Shown: piece by piece, positions 18,613 through 28,308 of the stretch | How positions within the stretch are numbered: position 1 is the stretch's first letter | Layout of the letters: every line of letters starts with the position of its first letter | DNA from: an uncultured Fibrobacterota bacterium | Lineage (GTDB): Bacteria > Fibrobacterota > Chitinivibrionia > Chitinivibrionales > FEN-1185 | DNA length: 64,000 bases | Direction: 5' to 3' | Assembly: GCA_963729895.1 (NCBI GenBank) | Contig: CAVSQB010000008.1 | Location: forward strand, 65,907 to 129,906 | Translations under genes and position numbers: made by a program | The notes under the pieces: model-generated | Told to the model about the DNA's origin: nothing | Databases searched by the model: none | The model's input: the letters and a program-made list of their open reading frames with translations, nothing else

Positions 18613-21600
18613 GTCGGTTCCGATTTTCCCGCATGGCAACAGGGGGTCGTGCTTTATTGAGGGTGTTTCTGTCGATTCCCTGTTCAGTTCCGCCTTCTTC
18701 ATGGATATCGCTTTCGTCGGGCACACGCGCAGGCATTTGCCGCAGCGAATACATTCGTCGGAATTGATCCAGATGTACGTTGCCTCGCGCGCAAGGGCGG
18801 ATTCCACGACCCCGGTAACCAACCCTTTCCCGTCGGTAAATACGCGCGACACTTTTTTTATGCATTCCCGCGGAGCAACGTCGATGCACCAGTTGCAGTG
18901 TATGCATGTGTCCTGGTCGATTTCGAATTTGTAATGGCAATAGTAGCAGCGCGTGGCGTTGGTTTGAACAGACCTGTCTTCGAACCCGTTTTCAACTTCC
19001 GCATCGCCGTCGACGCGATCTGAAAGCGGAATCGTGGGCGTTGGCAACGACCATTGATTGTCGTGATCCCGCACACGCCCGGTGATTCCTTCGGTATCGC
19101 CTGCGGTGATGGAAATCGCCATTTTCACTCTTTGACGGCCCATGAGAAACGCGTCAATCGTTTCGGCAGCGGCACGACCGCTTGCCACCGCCTTTATCAC
19201 GTTGTCGCTTCCTGAAGCGAAATCTCCAGTGACGAATAATTTGGAATTGGTGGTCAACAAGCCGCCCGTCACATTCGTTCCCTGGGGCAAAATGTCCCAT
19301 TCCTGGGTTTGTCCGATTGCAAATATCAAGTGATTGCACGGGACCGTGAAGTCGCTTCCTGCAACGTTGGTGAATGCCGGTTTCCCCTGGCCTTCGGGAC
19401 CAAGAACGTTTCTTCTAAACGTGAGCGCGGCAAGCGAACCGTTTTCAACGCGGGCCGAAACCGGGCTCACCAAGGTTTTCACCAAAATGTTTTCGCGCAG
19501 CAGCTCGTCCAATTCCCCGGAATTGAGGGCCATGTGGCGCTCGGACCTCCTGTACATGATCGTCACGCTGCCGTTTTCGCCCAGCAGGCGCCGCGCGGTC
19601 CGGGCGCACGATCGGGCGCAGTCCACTGCGGTAAATCCGCCGCCGATGATGACGACATCTCCCGAGAGGCTTTTCGTAACGCCGCGGTTGTAGCTGCGCA
19701 TGAATTCGATGCCCGAGATCGCCATATCGCCCGAAAGTCCCGGAATGTCGATGCGGTTCACTTTCATAGTTCCCGCGGCAATACATACTGCGTCATATTT
19801 GTCAAGCAGCGATGCCGCTCGATCACCGGCGATGCGTTGGTTGAGGCGGACATCAACGCCCCGTGCGGTAATCAGACCGACTTCGCGTTCCACCACTTCG
19901 CCGGGGAGCCGGAAACGCGGTATGCCGTCTATCATCATGCCGCCGAGCCGGTCTTCCTTTTCGTAAAGGGTGACGGTGTGGCCGAACCGGACAAGTTCCC
20001 GCGTCGCCGTCAGCCCTGCAGGGCCGCCGCCTATCACCGCTATTCGTTTGCCGGTTGCGGCAAAGATGGGCGGAAGCGGCTTGATATCATTCGACGCCCG
20101 GTCCGCCGCGGCCCGCTTTAAATGGCAGATATCCACCGGCCCATTTACGTTTGTCCAATTGTGCCGGCATGCGGGTTCGCAGGGCCTGGTGCAAACGCGC
20201 CCCAGCACGCCGGGAAATACGTTGCACTCAAGGTTCATCCGGTACGATGCCTCGGCGTCGCCTTGCGCAAGAAGCTCGATGTACCCCGGCACGTTTGTCT
20301 TGGCAGGGCATGCTTCCTGGCACGGAATGTCTTTTGCGATGACCGCAAAATCACCGATGGATTGAACGTGGCAGGGAGGCGCCGCCTGATATTCCGTCAA
20401 TGCCGGGGCAGTTGCGTATGGGCCGTAATGCGAAACTGCGGCGGAAAACGCCTCCGGTCCGCAACGGCGCGCGGTGTCCACAAGAGATTCGCTTTCCTTG
20501 CGCAGCGCCACAAACGTGTCGAGCACCGCGGCGGTCACGCGCGAGCAATCATCGGCCTTGAATTCTCCGATCTTTACGCCATGAGCCTTTTCGGTGCCGC
20601 CGATAAGCACTTCGTACCCTTCGACCGATCCGACATCTTCGCGTATCCGCATCCCGCGGAACCCGATGTCCGCGATACGGTAGGGTGCACACGAGTTGGG
20701 GCATCCGGTTATGTTGATAAGGCACCGTTCCCGGATCAGCGCGTATTTTTCGTCGGAGACCAGCGGCATAAGCGCATCAAAGAGATCCCGGGTCGTTGAA
20801 ACGGCTTTTGGGCAATACGTTGCCCCCACGCAGGCAACCATGTCGCAAAGCCCGTGCACACCACGGGTCGACAATCCAATCTTCTCAATTTCAGTTTCGC
20901 AAGCACTTTTCTTGTCCGCCGTAACGCCGTGGATTTCGCAATTCTGACGGTTGGTGGTGTACACCCTCTGGTCGCCGTATATCTCGGAAAGTTCGGCGAT
21001 CCGCCGGAACTGGTCGTGGCGCAATTCGCCTTTAGGCACCCGAATGCGAACGACCCCGGGCGCAATTGCCGCAATTGACGAATCGACAAGCGGACGGTCT
21101 GGAGCAGCGTCCGGAAGATACTGTACCTGACCGGAAAGAATGTCATTGGTCGGGACTTTCTCATTTTCAAGATTTTGCAGAACGAGCTCACGGCATTTTT
21201 GAATGCCCAACCGTTCCACGACGAATTTTAGGCGGGCCGTTGCGCGATTAAAACGATCCCCGTGCTCGCGAAAAAGGAGCGCGATTGCACGGGTAACGTC
21301 TGATGCCCGCTCTTTGGGGACAAATGAGAATAGTTCCTGCGCCACAAAGCCCTTCCAACCCATGCCGCCGCCGATGACTGTTTTGAACCCCTCTTTTTCG
21401 ACATCGCCCATACGGCGCACGGCGATCATTCCGACGCAATTCATGTAGGGCTGCGCGCATCCGGCTCTGCAACCTGACCAGGTCACCTTGAACTTTCGCG
21501 GCAGATTATCGAGATCGCGGGAATTCGTAAGATAACGCGCCGCGTCGATTGCAAAGGGGCGCACGTTGAATTGCCGGTGGGGGCAGGTCTCGGCCATGGG

Positions 21601-21999
21601 GCAGGCAGCCATGTTCCGCGTGACGTCGCCGCAGCCGTGCAAGGTAGACAATCCTTCTTCGCGCAGCTCGCGAAGGACATCAGCGAGGTTCTGGAGTTTC
21701 ACCCAATGATACTGAATTGCCTGACGAGTGGTAATAGACAGGATGCCTTGCCCGTAACTGCGCGAGGTCGCCGCGATGCGCCGCACTTGGGCGGACGTGA
21801 GCACGCCGCCGGGGACCGTGATGCGGATCATGAAATTGCCCGGCTGGCGCGAACCGTAGATGCCGTACCATTTCGAAACCAACCCTTCTTCCTTGGACAT
21901 CACGCCTTTTTTGGCAATTTCATCGTAATCGAGGAAAAGGCCTGCGGCCTTGATCTCTTCGTCCTCGCTGACCCTTTTCATTGTCAACAAACGCTGCAT
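18601..21999 (-). CDS. fusion protein: siroheme sulfite reductase + GltD/DsrL-like FAD/NAD(P)H oxidoreductase + C-terminal ferredoxin
   Basis: N-half: YGIY, FMIRITVPGG, TTRQAIQ, CGDVTRN, LPRKFK, CVGATYCP, NITGCPNSC. C-half: PCQEACP...LGRVCTRPCEPACR, VIGGGPAGL, GGMMIDGIPRFRLP, IIGGGFTAVDCAR, YRR, RCYYC, CIHCNWC, CIRCGKCLRVCP. One uninterrupted ORF. Confidence 0.9.
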   Translation of the reverse strand: MQRLLTMKRVSEDEEIKAAGLFLDYDEIAKKGVMSKEEGLVSKWYGIYGSRQPGNFMIRITVPGGVLTSAQVRRIAATSRSYGQGILSITTRQAIQYHWVKLQNLADVLRELREEGLSTLHGCGDVTRNMAACPMAETCPHRQFNVRPFAIDAARYLTNSRDLDNLPRKFKVTWSGCRAGCAQPYMNCVGMIAVRRMGDVEKEGFKTVIGGGMGWKGFVAQELFSFVPKERASDVTRAIALLFREHGDRFNRATARLKFVVERLGIQKCRELVLQNLENEKVPTNDILSGQVQYLPDAAPDRPLVDSSIAAIAPGVVRIRVPKGELRHDQFRRIAELSEIYGDQRVYTTNRQNCEIHGVTADKKSACETEIEKIGLSTRGVHGLCDMVACVGATYCPKAVSTTRDLFDALMPLVSDEKYALIRERCLINITGCPNSCAPYRIADIGFRGMRIREDVGSVEGYEVLIGGTEKAHGVKIGEFKADDCSRVTAAVLDTFVALRKESESLVDTARRCGPEAFSAAVSHYGPYATAPALTEYQAAPPCHVQSIGDFAVIAKDIPCQEACPAKTNVPGYIELLAQGDAEASYRMNLECNVFPGVLGRVCTRPCEPACRHNWTNVNGPVDICHLKRAAADRASNDIKPLPPIFAATGKRIAVIGGGPAGLTATRELVRFGHTVTLYEKEDRLGGMMIDGIPRFRLPGEVVEREVGLITARGVDVRLNQRIAGDRAASLLDKYDAVCIAAGTMKVNRIDIPGLSGDMAISGIEFMRSYNRGVTKSLSGDVVIIGGGFTAVDCARSCARTARRLLGENGSVTIMYRRSERHMALNSGELDELLRENILVKTLVSPVSARVENGSLAALTFRRNVLGPEGQGKPAFTNVAGSDFTVPCNHLIFAIGQTQEWDILPQGTNVTGGLLTTNSKLFVTGDFASGSDNVIKAVASGRAAAETIDAFLMGRQRVKMAISITAGDTEGITGRVRDHDNQWSLPTPTIPLSDRVDGDAEVENGFEDRSVQTNATRCYYCHYKFEIDQDTCIHCNWCIDVAPRECIKKVSRVFTDGKGLVTGVVESALAREATYIWINSDECIRCGKCLRVCPTKAISMKKAELNRESTETPSIKHDPLLPCGKIGTDLRP

Positions 22000-22053
22000 A
22001 CGATATTCCAGTAGGTAAATTTGTGAAGAAAAGGAGACGAACGTAGTCGCCCT

Positions 22054-22998
22054 TCAATCGTCATAATACAAGAGGGTCGAAAGATACCGTTCCCCGGTGT
22101 CGCACATGATGGTGACGATTCTTTTCCCCTCGTTCTCCGGACGAAGCGCAACGGTAAGCGCGGCGAAGGCGTTGGCGCCCGAGGAAATGCCGACCATCAA
22201 CCCTTCGGTCCGGATTATTTTTTTCGCGGCGTCGATGGCCTGGCGGCTCGTGACGGTTACGATTTCGTCAATAACATCGCGGTCCACGTTGTCGGGCACG
22301 AATCCGGCGCCGATTCCCTGAATCATGTGGGGCCCTGCCTTGCCGCCGGACATGACCGGCGATTCCATAGGTTCCACTGCGATCACCCGTATCCCGGCGT
22401 TCTTTTCCTTTAAGAACTTCCCGGTTCCGCTTACGGTCCCGCCTGTCCCGACCGCCGCAACGAAAATGTCGAGATCGCCCGCCGTGTCGTGCCAGATTTC
22501 AGGGCCCGTGGTGCGATAGTGCACCTCGGGATTTGCCCGGTTTGAAAACTGCTGCGGCATGAAACTGTTCGGAACCTGCGCGCAGAGCAACGTCGCCTGG
22601 CGGACGGCCCCCTCCATGCCTTCTTGCGCCGGGGTGAGCACGATTTCGGCCCCAAAGCCCTGCAATATCTTCCTGCGCTCAATGCTCATGGATTCCGGCA
22701 TAGTAAGGATGATCCGGTATCCTTTGATAGCCGCAACCAGCGCCAACCCGATGCCGGTGTTTCCCGACGTGGGTTCGATAATGACGTTTCCTTTTGCAAG
22801 CTTACCTTCCTGTTCCGCTGTTTCGATCATGGCCAGACCGATGCGGTCTTTTACGCTCGATCCAGGGTTAAACGCCTCCACTTTGGCAATGATCTCCGCA
22901 TCCGGCGAAAAGCGGGACAACCGCACCAGAGGCGTGTTGCCGATAAGCGAGCAAAGGCTGTCGTGAATTCTCTCTTCGACCCGTGCGGCGTCAAGCAT
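22054..22998 (-). CDS. cysK: cysteine synthase A (O-acetylserine sulfhydrylase)
   Basis: LIGNTPLV, NPGSSVKDRIG (PLP lysine), EPTSGNTGIGLA, GTGGT, HMIQGIGAG, DTGERYLST; start 22998 with GGGGAGG SD. Confidence 0.95.
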   Translation of the reverse strand: MLDAARVEERIHDSLCSLIGNTPLVRLSRFSPDAEIIAKVEAFNPGSSVKDRIGLAMIETAEQEGKLAKGNVIIEPTSGNTGIGLALVAAIKGYRIILTMPESMSIERRKILQGFGAEIVLTPAQEGMEGAVRQATLLCAQVPNSFMPQQFSNRANPEVHYRTTGPEIWHDTAGDLDIFVAAVGTGGTVSGTGKFLKEKNAGIRVIAVEPMESPVMSGGKAGPHMIQGIGAGFVPDNVDRDVIDEIVTVTSRQAIDAAKKIIRTEGLMVGISSGANAFAALTVALRPENEGKRIVTIMCDTGERYLSTLLYYDD

Positions 22999-23015
22999 TG
23001 CGGTGTGTTCCTCCC

Positions 23016-24806
23016 CTATATCGAGTAATCGGGAATGATCGCGATCTTTCTCAACTCGTTGCATATTGAATCGACCAAATCTTCGTCATCCAAGCTATTG
23101 TCAAGCTTCACCACCGCATCGCCGGAAAGACCGTGCCCGCCGATCGAAACAACCAGAATTTCGTTGGGCGTGTTCAATCTCCTTAAGATGGCGACATCGT
23201 CCTCTTCCAGCTCCGGCAGCGCGGTGATGAACAGGTGCCCGCTGTCGGTGAGCACACGGGCAAGCTCGCCCAGGCGCATGATACGCTCCTCGCGCTGTTC
23301 GAATTCGTCAATCAGGTCCGAACCAAGCCCTTTGTCGAGCGCAGAACTTCCCAGGTAATAGGCAAGGTATTTTTCCGCAAAGAGGCGACGTTCCAATAAT
23401 GCGCCGATGGCAAGGCATCGTGCAAACGGCTCTCCGGTGAGCACGATGAATTTGGACTTGTGACCGAAGCGGGTTTGCCGATCGGACGCCGATAACCCGC
23501 CGTGGTCCCAATTGATCTCGCGACGCGTCACATGCTCGTCGAGGACCGAAGCGGTTTGCGCCACGGCATCGAGAATATTGCCGCCTCCGGCGATTTCGTA
23601 GTTGTCGACGATAACGAATCTGCCCGTCGATGAGTTCTCGGAGCACCGGTCGAACGCCACCGGCTTTGTGGTTTCCAAAATGCACTCGGCCACGTCGTGG
23701 CGGTCCACCTGCTGCTTGTTGGTCACGGAAGTCAATTCCGATGCGTCTATTATCTTGATGATCTTGGACAATTGCGCCTGCACCCGAGCGGTCCCGATTT
23801 TCATCTTGTACCGTTTTCCTCTGACAAATGGCGCTTTCCCCATCCAGAATAAATTTGCTCTCATGCGGGTCCCCACGAGCGGCGGCGCTTCCCCGGCCCG
23901 GCACATGATCTCGCCCCGCTTCACATAGAGTTCGTCATGCAAAGTCACACCGGTCGCCCAGCCCGCGCTTATGGAGGATGAAGCGGATTTGTTGAAGGCC
24001 TCGATCGACTGTACGGTCGATTGCTTGCCGCTCGGGTGAAATACCACGGCATCGTTTACCCGGAGCGTTCCGGTTTCGACGGTCCCCACGAGCACGCGCC
24101 GGTCGTCGCCGGATTCGGTGAATTTGTAAATGTCCTGCACCGGAAGCCGCAGGGGATGCGAATCTCTGGCAATCACCCGGGTAAATGAGTCTATGTGCTC
24201 GAGCACCGTAGCCCCGTCGTACCATGCCGCCCTGGTTGCGATGTTCTCGCCTTTCTGGGCGCATATGGGGACAAACGCCATGGGCCGGACGCCGATATCG
24301 CTCAGGAAATTCCGGTACTCGTTTTGGATCCGGCCGAACACCCCGAGATCATATCCCACCAGGTCCATCTTGTTCACCAGAACGACTATCTGCGTGAGCC
24401 CCAACATTGACAAAAGGTAGCCATGGCGCCGGGAGTTTTCCTTGATTCCCTCGTGCGCGTCGATCACCAGGAGGGCGGCCTGTGCCCGCGACGCGCCGGT
24501 GACCATGTTTTTGAGAAATTCAACATGCCCCGGCGCGTCGATAAGGATATAATCGCGTTTTGCGGTCTTGAAAAAGCTCCTGGCCGTGTCGATCGTGATC
24601 CCTTGCGCCTGCTCGTCCTTGAGGGCATCCAGGAGAAAGGCGTACTCGAACGGGCGCGCGTTGCGCAAACACATTTCCTTGACAGAATCGAGTTTCCCCT
24701 CCGGTAAAGATCCCGTATCCGCAAGCAAGCGGCCGATGACCGTGCTTTTCCCATGGTCGACATGGCCGGCAATGACGATGCTCAGCTGCTCCCTATCGGA
24801 CACCAT
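23016..24806 (-). CDS. cysN: sulfate adenylyltransferase GTPase subunit with a degenerate C-terminal APS-kinase-like domain
   Basis: [25 protein letters not shown]-terminal CysC-like fold lacks its P-loop; ATG 24806 with AAGGAG SD (ORF is open to 24830). Confidence 0.92.
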   Translation of the reverse strand: MVSDREQLSIVIAGHVDHGKSTVIGRLLADTGSLPEGKLDSVKEMCLRNARPFEYAFLLDALKDEQAQGITIDTARSFFKTAKRDYILIDAPGHVEFLKNMVTGASRAQAALLVIDAHEGIKENSRRHGYLLSMLGLTQIVVLVNKMDLVGYDLGVFGRIQNEYRNFLSDIGVRPMAFVPICAQKGENIATRAAWYDGATVLEHIDSFTRVIARDSHPLRLPVQDIYKFTESGDDRRVLVGTVETGTLRVNDAVVFHPSGKQSTVQSIEAFNKSASSSISAGWATGVTLHDELYVKRGEIMCRAGEAPPLVGTRMRANLFWMGKAPFVRGKRYKMKIGTARVQAQLSKIIKIIDASELTSVTNKQQVDRHDVAECILETTKPVAFDRCSENSSTGRFVIVDNYEIAGGGNILDAVAQTASVLDEHVTRREINWDHGGLSASDRQTRFGHKSKFIVLTGEPFARCLAIGALLERRLFAEKYLAYYLGSSALDKGLGSDLIDEFEQREERIMRLGELARVLTDSGHLFITALPELEEDDVAILRRLNTPNEILVVSIGGHGLSGDAVVKLDNSLDDEDLVDSICNELRKIAIIPDYSI

Positions 24807-24826
24807 GGTTTCTCCTTTTGCGCCCG

Positions 24827-25708
24827 TCACATGTACCCGTCACGGCGGAGCGCTTCGAGCCCGCCGTTGTCTTCTTTGTCCTGCGCACGGCCCGACCGTT
24901 CCGCGATGTTTGAAAATTTTCCGCTTCTGAGCTCTTCGATGATTTCCTTAACGTTCCTGCTTTCGGACTCGACCGTGAACGTGCAAGGGTAACACCCGAG
25001 CGACCGGTACCGTTTGCCGCTCCCGTTATTGAAATACAACGGCACCACCGGAATGGTTTCGCGGTCGATATATTCCCAGATATTAAGTTCAGTCCAGTCC
25101 AGGAGCGGATGGATGCGCACATGAGTGCCGGGCGCAAAATCGGTCTTGAACTGGTTGAAGAGCTCCGGCGGCTGATCGGCTACGTCCCACTCGCTTTGCT
25201 TGTCGCGGGGAGAAAAATACCGTTCCTTGGATCGACTCCCCTCTTCGTCGGCTCGGGCGCCCACGATCACGCCAGTATACGGTTCTTTGTTGGTGTCCGG
25301 AACGTACTTCCGGAGCACGTGGTCCATGCGGAACCGCGCCCATTCACCCGAAAGCGTATGCTTAAGCGCCTCGCTTTTCAGAAGCTTGCAACAGGTAAGA
25401 CGGTCGACTGCGCCGGCGGGGAACGTGGTTTTGTTCCGCAGCGCCTCCACGTTCTGGCCGTACACCATGTTGAGCTTCCAATCGAGGGCCAGCTTGTCAC
25501 GGTATTCGATCATTTCCGGAATCTTGAAACTGGTGTCTATATGGACAAGAGGGAATGGAACGTGGCCGATAAACGCCTTTTTGGCCAGCCACAACAGCAC
25601 GGTGCTGTCCTTGCCGATCGACCATAGCATGCAGAGGTTTTTGAATTCGCGGTAAGCCTCCCGCAGGATGTACACGCTCCTGGATTCCAGACTTTCCAAA
25701 TGGTCCAT
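24827..25708 (-). CDS. cysD: sulfate adenylyltransferase subunit 2
   Basis: [58 protein letters not shown]. Confidence 0.95.
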   Translation of the reverse strand: MDHLESLESRSVYILREAYREFKNLCMLWSIGKDSTVLLWLAKKAFIGHVPFPLVHIDTSFKIPEMIEYRDKLALDWKLNMVYGQNVEALRNKTTFPAGAVDRLTCCKLLKSEALKHTLSGEWARFRMDHVLRKYVPDTNKEPYTGVIVGARADEEGSRSKERYFSPRDKQSEWDVADQPPELFNQFKTDFAPGTHVRIHPLLDWTELNIWEYIDRETIPVVPLYFNNGSGKRYRSLGCYPCTFTVESESRNVKEIIEELRSGKFSNIAERSGRAQDKEDNGGLEALRRDGYM

Positions 25709-25711
25709 GCG

Positions 25712-26449
25712 TCAGGCCTTTCCGATTGATTTATAAGAAGCGGGCCTGCTGTGCAGTCCGCACTCCTTATGGTCCGGCGATTCCCACCACCAGCGTCCCG
25801 ACCGCACGTCGTCACCCTTGCCCACCGCCCTGGTACACGGCGCGCAACCGATACTACGAAACCCGATGGTGTAAAGCCGGTTGAAAGGAATGTTGTTCAC
25901 CTTCATATACTGCCAGACCTGGTCTTCGGTCCACAATGCCAGGGGATTGATCTTGATCTTTTCAAACTGCGCGTCCCATTCGACGGTTTCCAGGCCGCTT
26001 CGGGTCATAGACTGGTCACGCCGCTGCCCGGTGATCCATGCACCCACGGACTCGAGCTTTTTTCGCAGCGGTCGGACTTTTCTGATGTCGCAACACAAGC
26101 GGCGATTTTCCACGCTTTCGTAGAACAGGTTGGGGCCTTTTTTCTCCACCATCGAGGCAACATCACCCGCATCCGGGACGCATTCTTCGATTGTTATCGA
26201 ATAGATGTCTCTGGTCTGCTGCATCACATCATAGGTTTCTTGAAACATCCGTCCGGTGTCCAGGGTGAACACCCTGGCTTTGGGATTGTGCGACCATACC
26301 ATGTGGGTGAGCGCCTGGTCTTCGATACTGAAGCTCGTGGCAAGGATGATTTTTTCAGGACCGAAATAGTCGATTACGTTGGCGACCACGTCCGTAGCGC
26401 TCATCTCTCGCAACGCCGAGGCGAGCTCGTTAACTTCTTTGGAATTCAA
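25712..26449 (-). CDS. cysH: adenosine 5'-phosphosulfate (APS) reductase, 4Fe-4S type
   Basis: LDTGR, CCDIRKV, WITGQRRDQS, SIGCAPCTR, RSGRWWWE, KECGLH; the CC...CxxC signature marks Fe-S APS reductases. Confidence 0.92.
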   Translation of the reverse strand: MNSKEVNELASALREMSATDVVANVIDYFGPEKIILATSFSIEDQALTHMVWSHNPKARVFTLDTGRMFQETYDVMQQTRDIYSITIEECVPDAGDVASMVEKKGPNLFYESVENRRLCCDIRKVRPLRKKLESVGAWITGQRRDQSMTRSGLETVEWDAQFEKIKINPLALWTEDQVWQYMKVNNIPFNRLYTIGFRSIGCAPCTRAVGKGDDVRSGRWWWESPDHKECGLHSRPASYKSIGKA

Positions 26450-26460
26450 CGTGTCCCCCC

Positions 26461-26784
26461 TTAAATATCGTACTCATGCCGTTGAAATTTCACCCTGCCG
26501 AAAGAGATGCGATTCCACAGCCTCTCGTGCCCATAGTACCAAAGGATCTTGGTAAAAATCTCAACAACGCCAATGGAGAGCGCGACTTTAATCTTCCCGG
26601 TAATAATCAATGATACTACTATAGTATCAAGCGTGCCTGTTAGCCTCCACGAAATTGCCTTCGCAATACTGCGATACGGTTTTTCGTGAATCAAGAATCC
26701 GTTTTGATCCTTTGTTCCCGGCGATTTTTTCACAGGCACTTCTCTGTGCTCCTTGTGCACGACATCTACCGTTGTAATCAACAT
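26461..26784 (-). CDS. DUF2061 small membrane protein
   Basis: RSIAKAISWRLTGTLDT...YYGHERLW; first gene of the cys cluster. Confidence 0.8.
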   Translation of the reverse strand: MLITTVDVVHKEHREVPVKKSPGTKDQNGFLIHEKPYRSIAKAISWRLTGTLDTIVVSLIITGKIKVALSIGVVEIFTKILWYYGHERLWNRISFGRVKFQRHEYDI

Positions 26785-27003
26785 TACCAGGACTTAGGCT
26801 CTGTTGACTGCAAATATAGTGCCGAGGTTCTATTCGAACGCCTTCAAAAATTGAATGGCCTGCCAAAAGAGAGGAACGAATGTGATAAGAGGAATTCCGG
26901 ATTTGCGAAAGGTTTCTGATTACCAAGAAAATGCGCGCTTACTGCTTGAGGTTGCCTCACACCCCGTGATTGTCCCCAAACAGGTTGGCCGATTTGCCGG
27001 TAC

Positions 27004-28272
27004 TCAAAGGCGTTTGCCCTTCTCCGTGCATGCCGCCTTTCTCAACATATCTCCATTTCCAATTTCCCCTTGCGCCTTCACGAGCACGAGCCTGTTTGTC
27101 AACGCGCGGCCGAGTCTGGTGCCCGCCATGTCGGCAATTTCCCTCACCGAAATCTCATAGGGCATATTCTCTCTCTTCACGGGCAGCACGTTGAGCGTAT
27201 CGCCTTCGCAAAACGGATTCTTTACGTCCACGACGGCTTGCCCGCCCGGCAGAAGTTCCCGAACGACGCCCACAATCCGGATGTCCGGCAACGGCCTGCC
27301 GTCCGCGACGTCCTGCAACAGGTATTCGCCCGCATAAAATCCAGTTGTATAGGGGCGGTGATCGAGCCTTTCGAGCTCGGCAGTCCATTCGGGTTTCACC
27401 GTGTACGGATTCGAATTTCCGATGCTGTCCAGCGCTGCCCGGTAGACCTTGACAACCGAGGACACATAGTGCGCGCTCCTGTTCCGGCCCTCGATTTTAA
27501 CCGACGCGACCCCGGCGGCAACGATGCGGTCGAGGATAGGCAGGCAGCACAGGTCTTTGGAGTTGAACACAAACGCCCGCGCCGGCGTTCCTGGGTCTTC
27601 CCCGGTTTCCTCCACGGTATACCATTCCCCGTTCTCGGTTTCGTTGTCGTACATCGGCGACACCCGGTACCTGAAGCGGCACGGCTGGCGGCAGTCGCCC
27701 CGGTTCGGGTGCCTCGTCCCGGTGTACACGCCGAGCAGGCACCTGCCGGAGATCGAAACGCACATCGCGCCGTGAACAAACACCTCGATCTCCGTTTGCG
27801 AAGATCGGCACATCGAACCTATCTCGCGGAGCGCAAGCTCCCTCGGAAGAATAATCCGCCGAATCCCTTGTGCTGCCCAGAAGCGCGCGCTCGCGCTGTT
27901 AAAGGTCCCGGTCTGCGTACTCAAGTGAAGCGCAACGGACGCGGCATGTCTTTTGCACAGAGCAATGACGCCCGGATCGCTTACGATAAATGCGTGAGGC
28001 AGGCATTCCTTTTGGGAAAGTGTCACGAGGAGCGACTCGATGCCGGCAATCGCCGCGTCGTTCGGCATGGTATTGAGCGCGACATACACCTTTTTCCTCA
28101 CACCACAAGCGGAGGTGATCAGGGTCTTAAGCTGTTCGGGCGTGGCATTCCGCGACCGGGCCCGCAGATTGTATTGACCCACGCCGATGTACACGGCGTC
28201 GGCGCCATGGTCGAACGCGGCCCGCGCGCATTCAACGGTTGCTGCCGGCGCGAGCAATTCGGGAAGTTTCAT
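27004..28272 (-). CDS. U32 family protein (TrhP/RlhA-like Fe-S hydroxylase)
   Basis: PELLAPA, GADAVYIG, HLSTQ, EVFVHGAMCVSISGRCLL, NRGDCRQPCR, KIEGR. Confidence 0.9.
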   Translation of the reverse strand: MKLPELLAPAATVECARAAFDHGADAVYIGVGQYNLRARSRNATPEQLKTLITSACGVRKKVYVALNTMPNDAAIAGIESLLVTLSQKECLPHAFIVSDPGVIALCKRHAASVALHLSTQTGTFNSASARFWAAQGIRRIILPRELALREIGSMCRSSQTEIEVFVHGAMCVSISGRCLLGVYTGTRHPNRGDCRQPCRFRYRVSPMYDNETENGEWYTVEETGEDPGTPARAFVFNSKDLCCLPILDRIVAAGVASVKIEGRNRSAHYVSSVVKVYRAALDSIGNSNPYTVKPEWTAELERLDHRPYTTGFYAGEYLLQDVADGRPLPDIRIVGVVRELLPGGQAVVDVKNPFCEGDTLNVLPVKRENMPYEISVREIADMAGTRLGRALTNRLVLVKAQGEIGNGDMLRKAACTEKGKRL

Positions 28273-28308
28273 CGGGTGTTCCGGGAAAAGGATACGCGGC
28301 GATTCTTC

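Noticed and set aside
17593..21999. Functional coupling of Rnf to the sulfite reductase fusion
   Set aside because: The genes are convergent, in separate transcription units; adjacency alone is not evidence
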